Positions 31,792 to 32,000 of a DNA stretch of 32,000 bases are shown here, one piece after another. The stretch comes from Candidatus Saccharimonadota bacterium (GTDB taxonomy: Bacteria > Patescibacteriota > Saccharimonadia > Saccharimonadales > Saccharimonadaceae), in contig CP011211.1 in NCBI GenBank assembly GCA_001029695.1, positions 990,001 through 1,022,000 of the forward strand, given 5' to 3'. Within the stretch, counting starts at the first letter, position 1; every line of letters starts with the position of its first letter. The notes below the pieces were generated by a model. It was given only the letters and a program-made list of their open reading frames with translations, made no database searches and was not told the origin of the DNA. A program made the position numbers and the translations under genes.

Positions 31792-32000
31792 CTAAAATGG
31801 CAATATTTTTGACGATTTTACATTGAGAGCTTTGAGGATATTTTCAAAAGTCTCAATAGAGGCGTTTGCTTCACCGCGCTCAATTTGCGCGTAATGATTC
31901 GTGCTGATATCAGCTTTTTCTGCAACTTCAACTTGAGTGAGGTGCTGCTTTTCGCGCACCTCACGCAGTTTACGTCCGATTATCTGGAGTGAAATACTGG
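31792..32000 (-). CDS. XRE-family HTH regulator (partial; 5' end beyond the window end)
   Basis: Absent from the ORF track (edge ORF). Reverse translation ...IGRKLREVREKQHLTQVEVAEKADISTNHYAQIERGEANASIETFENILKALNVKSSKILPF* has the HTH_3 signature. Stop at 31792-31794. Confidence 0.8.
   Translation of the reverse strand, partial: SISLQIIGRKLREVREKQHLTQVEVAEKADISTNHYAQIERGEANASIETFENILKALNVKSSKILPF

Larger units (their letters stand above)
29700..32000. mobile_element. Remnant of an integrated conjugative/mobile element (decayed)
   Basis: Contains a truncated T4SS coupling ATPase, duplicated small genes, a frameshifted Mrr-like nuclease and an XRE regulator. G+C is lower in spot counts: 24/60 at 28201-28260 and 26/60 at 30961-31020, versus 32/60 at 14401-14460. 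No integrase or att site is visible in the window. Confidence 0.45.

Overview
This 32-kb chromosomal window is compact and mostly minus-strand. Many genes sit as single units between a strong TTGACA-17-TATAAT-type promoter and a hairpin terminator. The gene content is type IV pilin, DprA, TopA with Zn-free GRFGPY repeats and a Lys-rich tail, Pth, Der, and many small membrane proteins. This suggests a reduced-genome Patescibacteria/CPR (Saccharibacteria-like) organism; that taxonomy is inference only. I found no rRNA, tRNA or CRISPR array. Layout: (1) 1-7.2 kb holds a sigma-r4/HARE-HTH protein, the pilin, a tandemly duplicated small-membrane-protein cassette, topA, a lipoprotein and dprA. (2) 7.2-8.8 kb holds an orphan promoter-to-terminator RNA unit and two insulated hypothetical genes. 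(3) 8.9-13.1 kb is a plus-strand block with a DUF475/TerC-like membrane protein, a Fur-family regulator divergent from a CooC-type ATPase, a hypothetical gene and a coupled mini-ORF pair. (4) pth, der and a pseudouridine synthase follow. (5) Next is a two-component system in which both kinase and regulator carry long Pro/Gln/Ala tails. (6) Then come a phage-minor-tail-like SGNH/FN3/lectin protein and an SF2 helicase. (7) Then a csoR-cupredoxin-copA-thioredoxin-DUF305 copper operon. (8) 27.5-32 kb is a lower-GC accessory region. It contains an ORF-free structured spacer, a PNK-like kinase / 2H phosphoesterase / CYTH cluster, and a decayed mobile element (5'-truncated T4SS coupling ATPase, frameshifted TM-Mrr nuclease, XRE regulator). 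I revised several ORF-track start codons using promoter and SD positions. I also added two window-edge genes, three disrupted genes and one mini-ORF that the track does not show as such.
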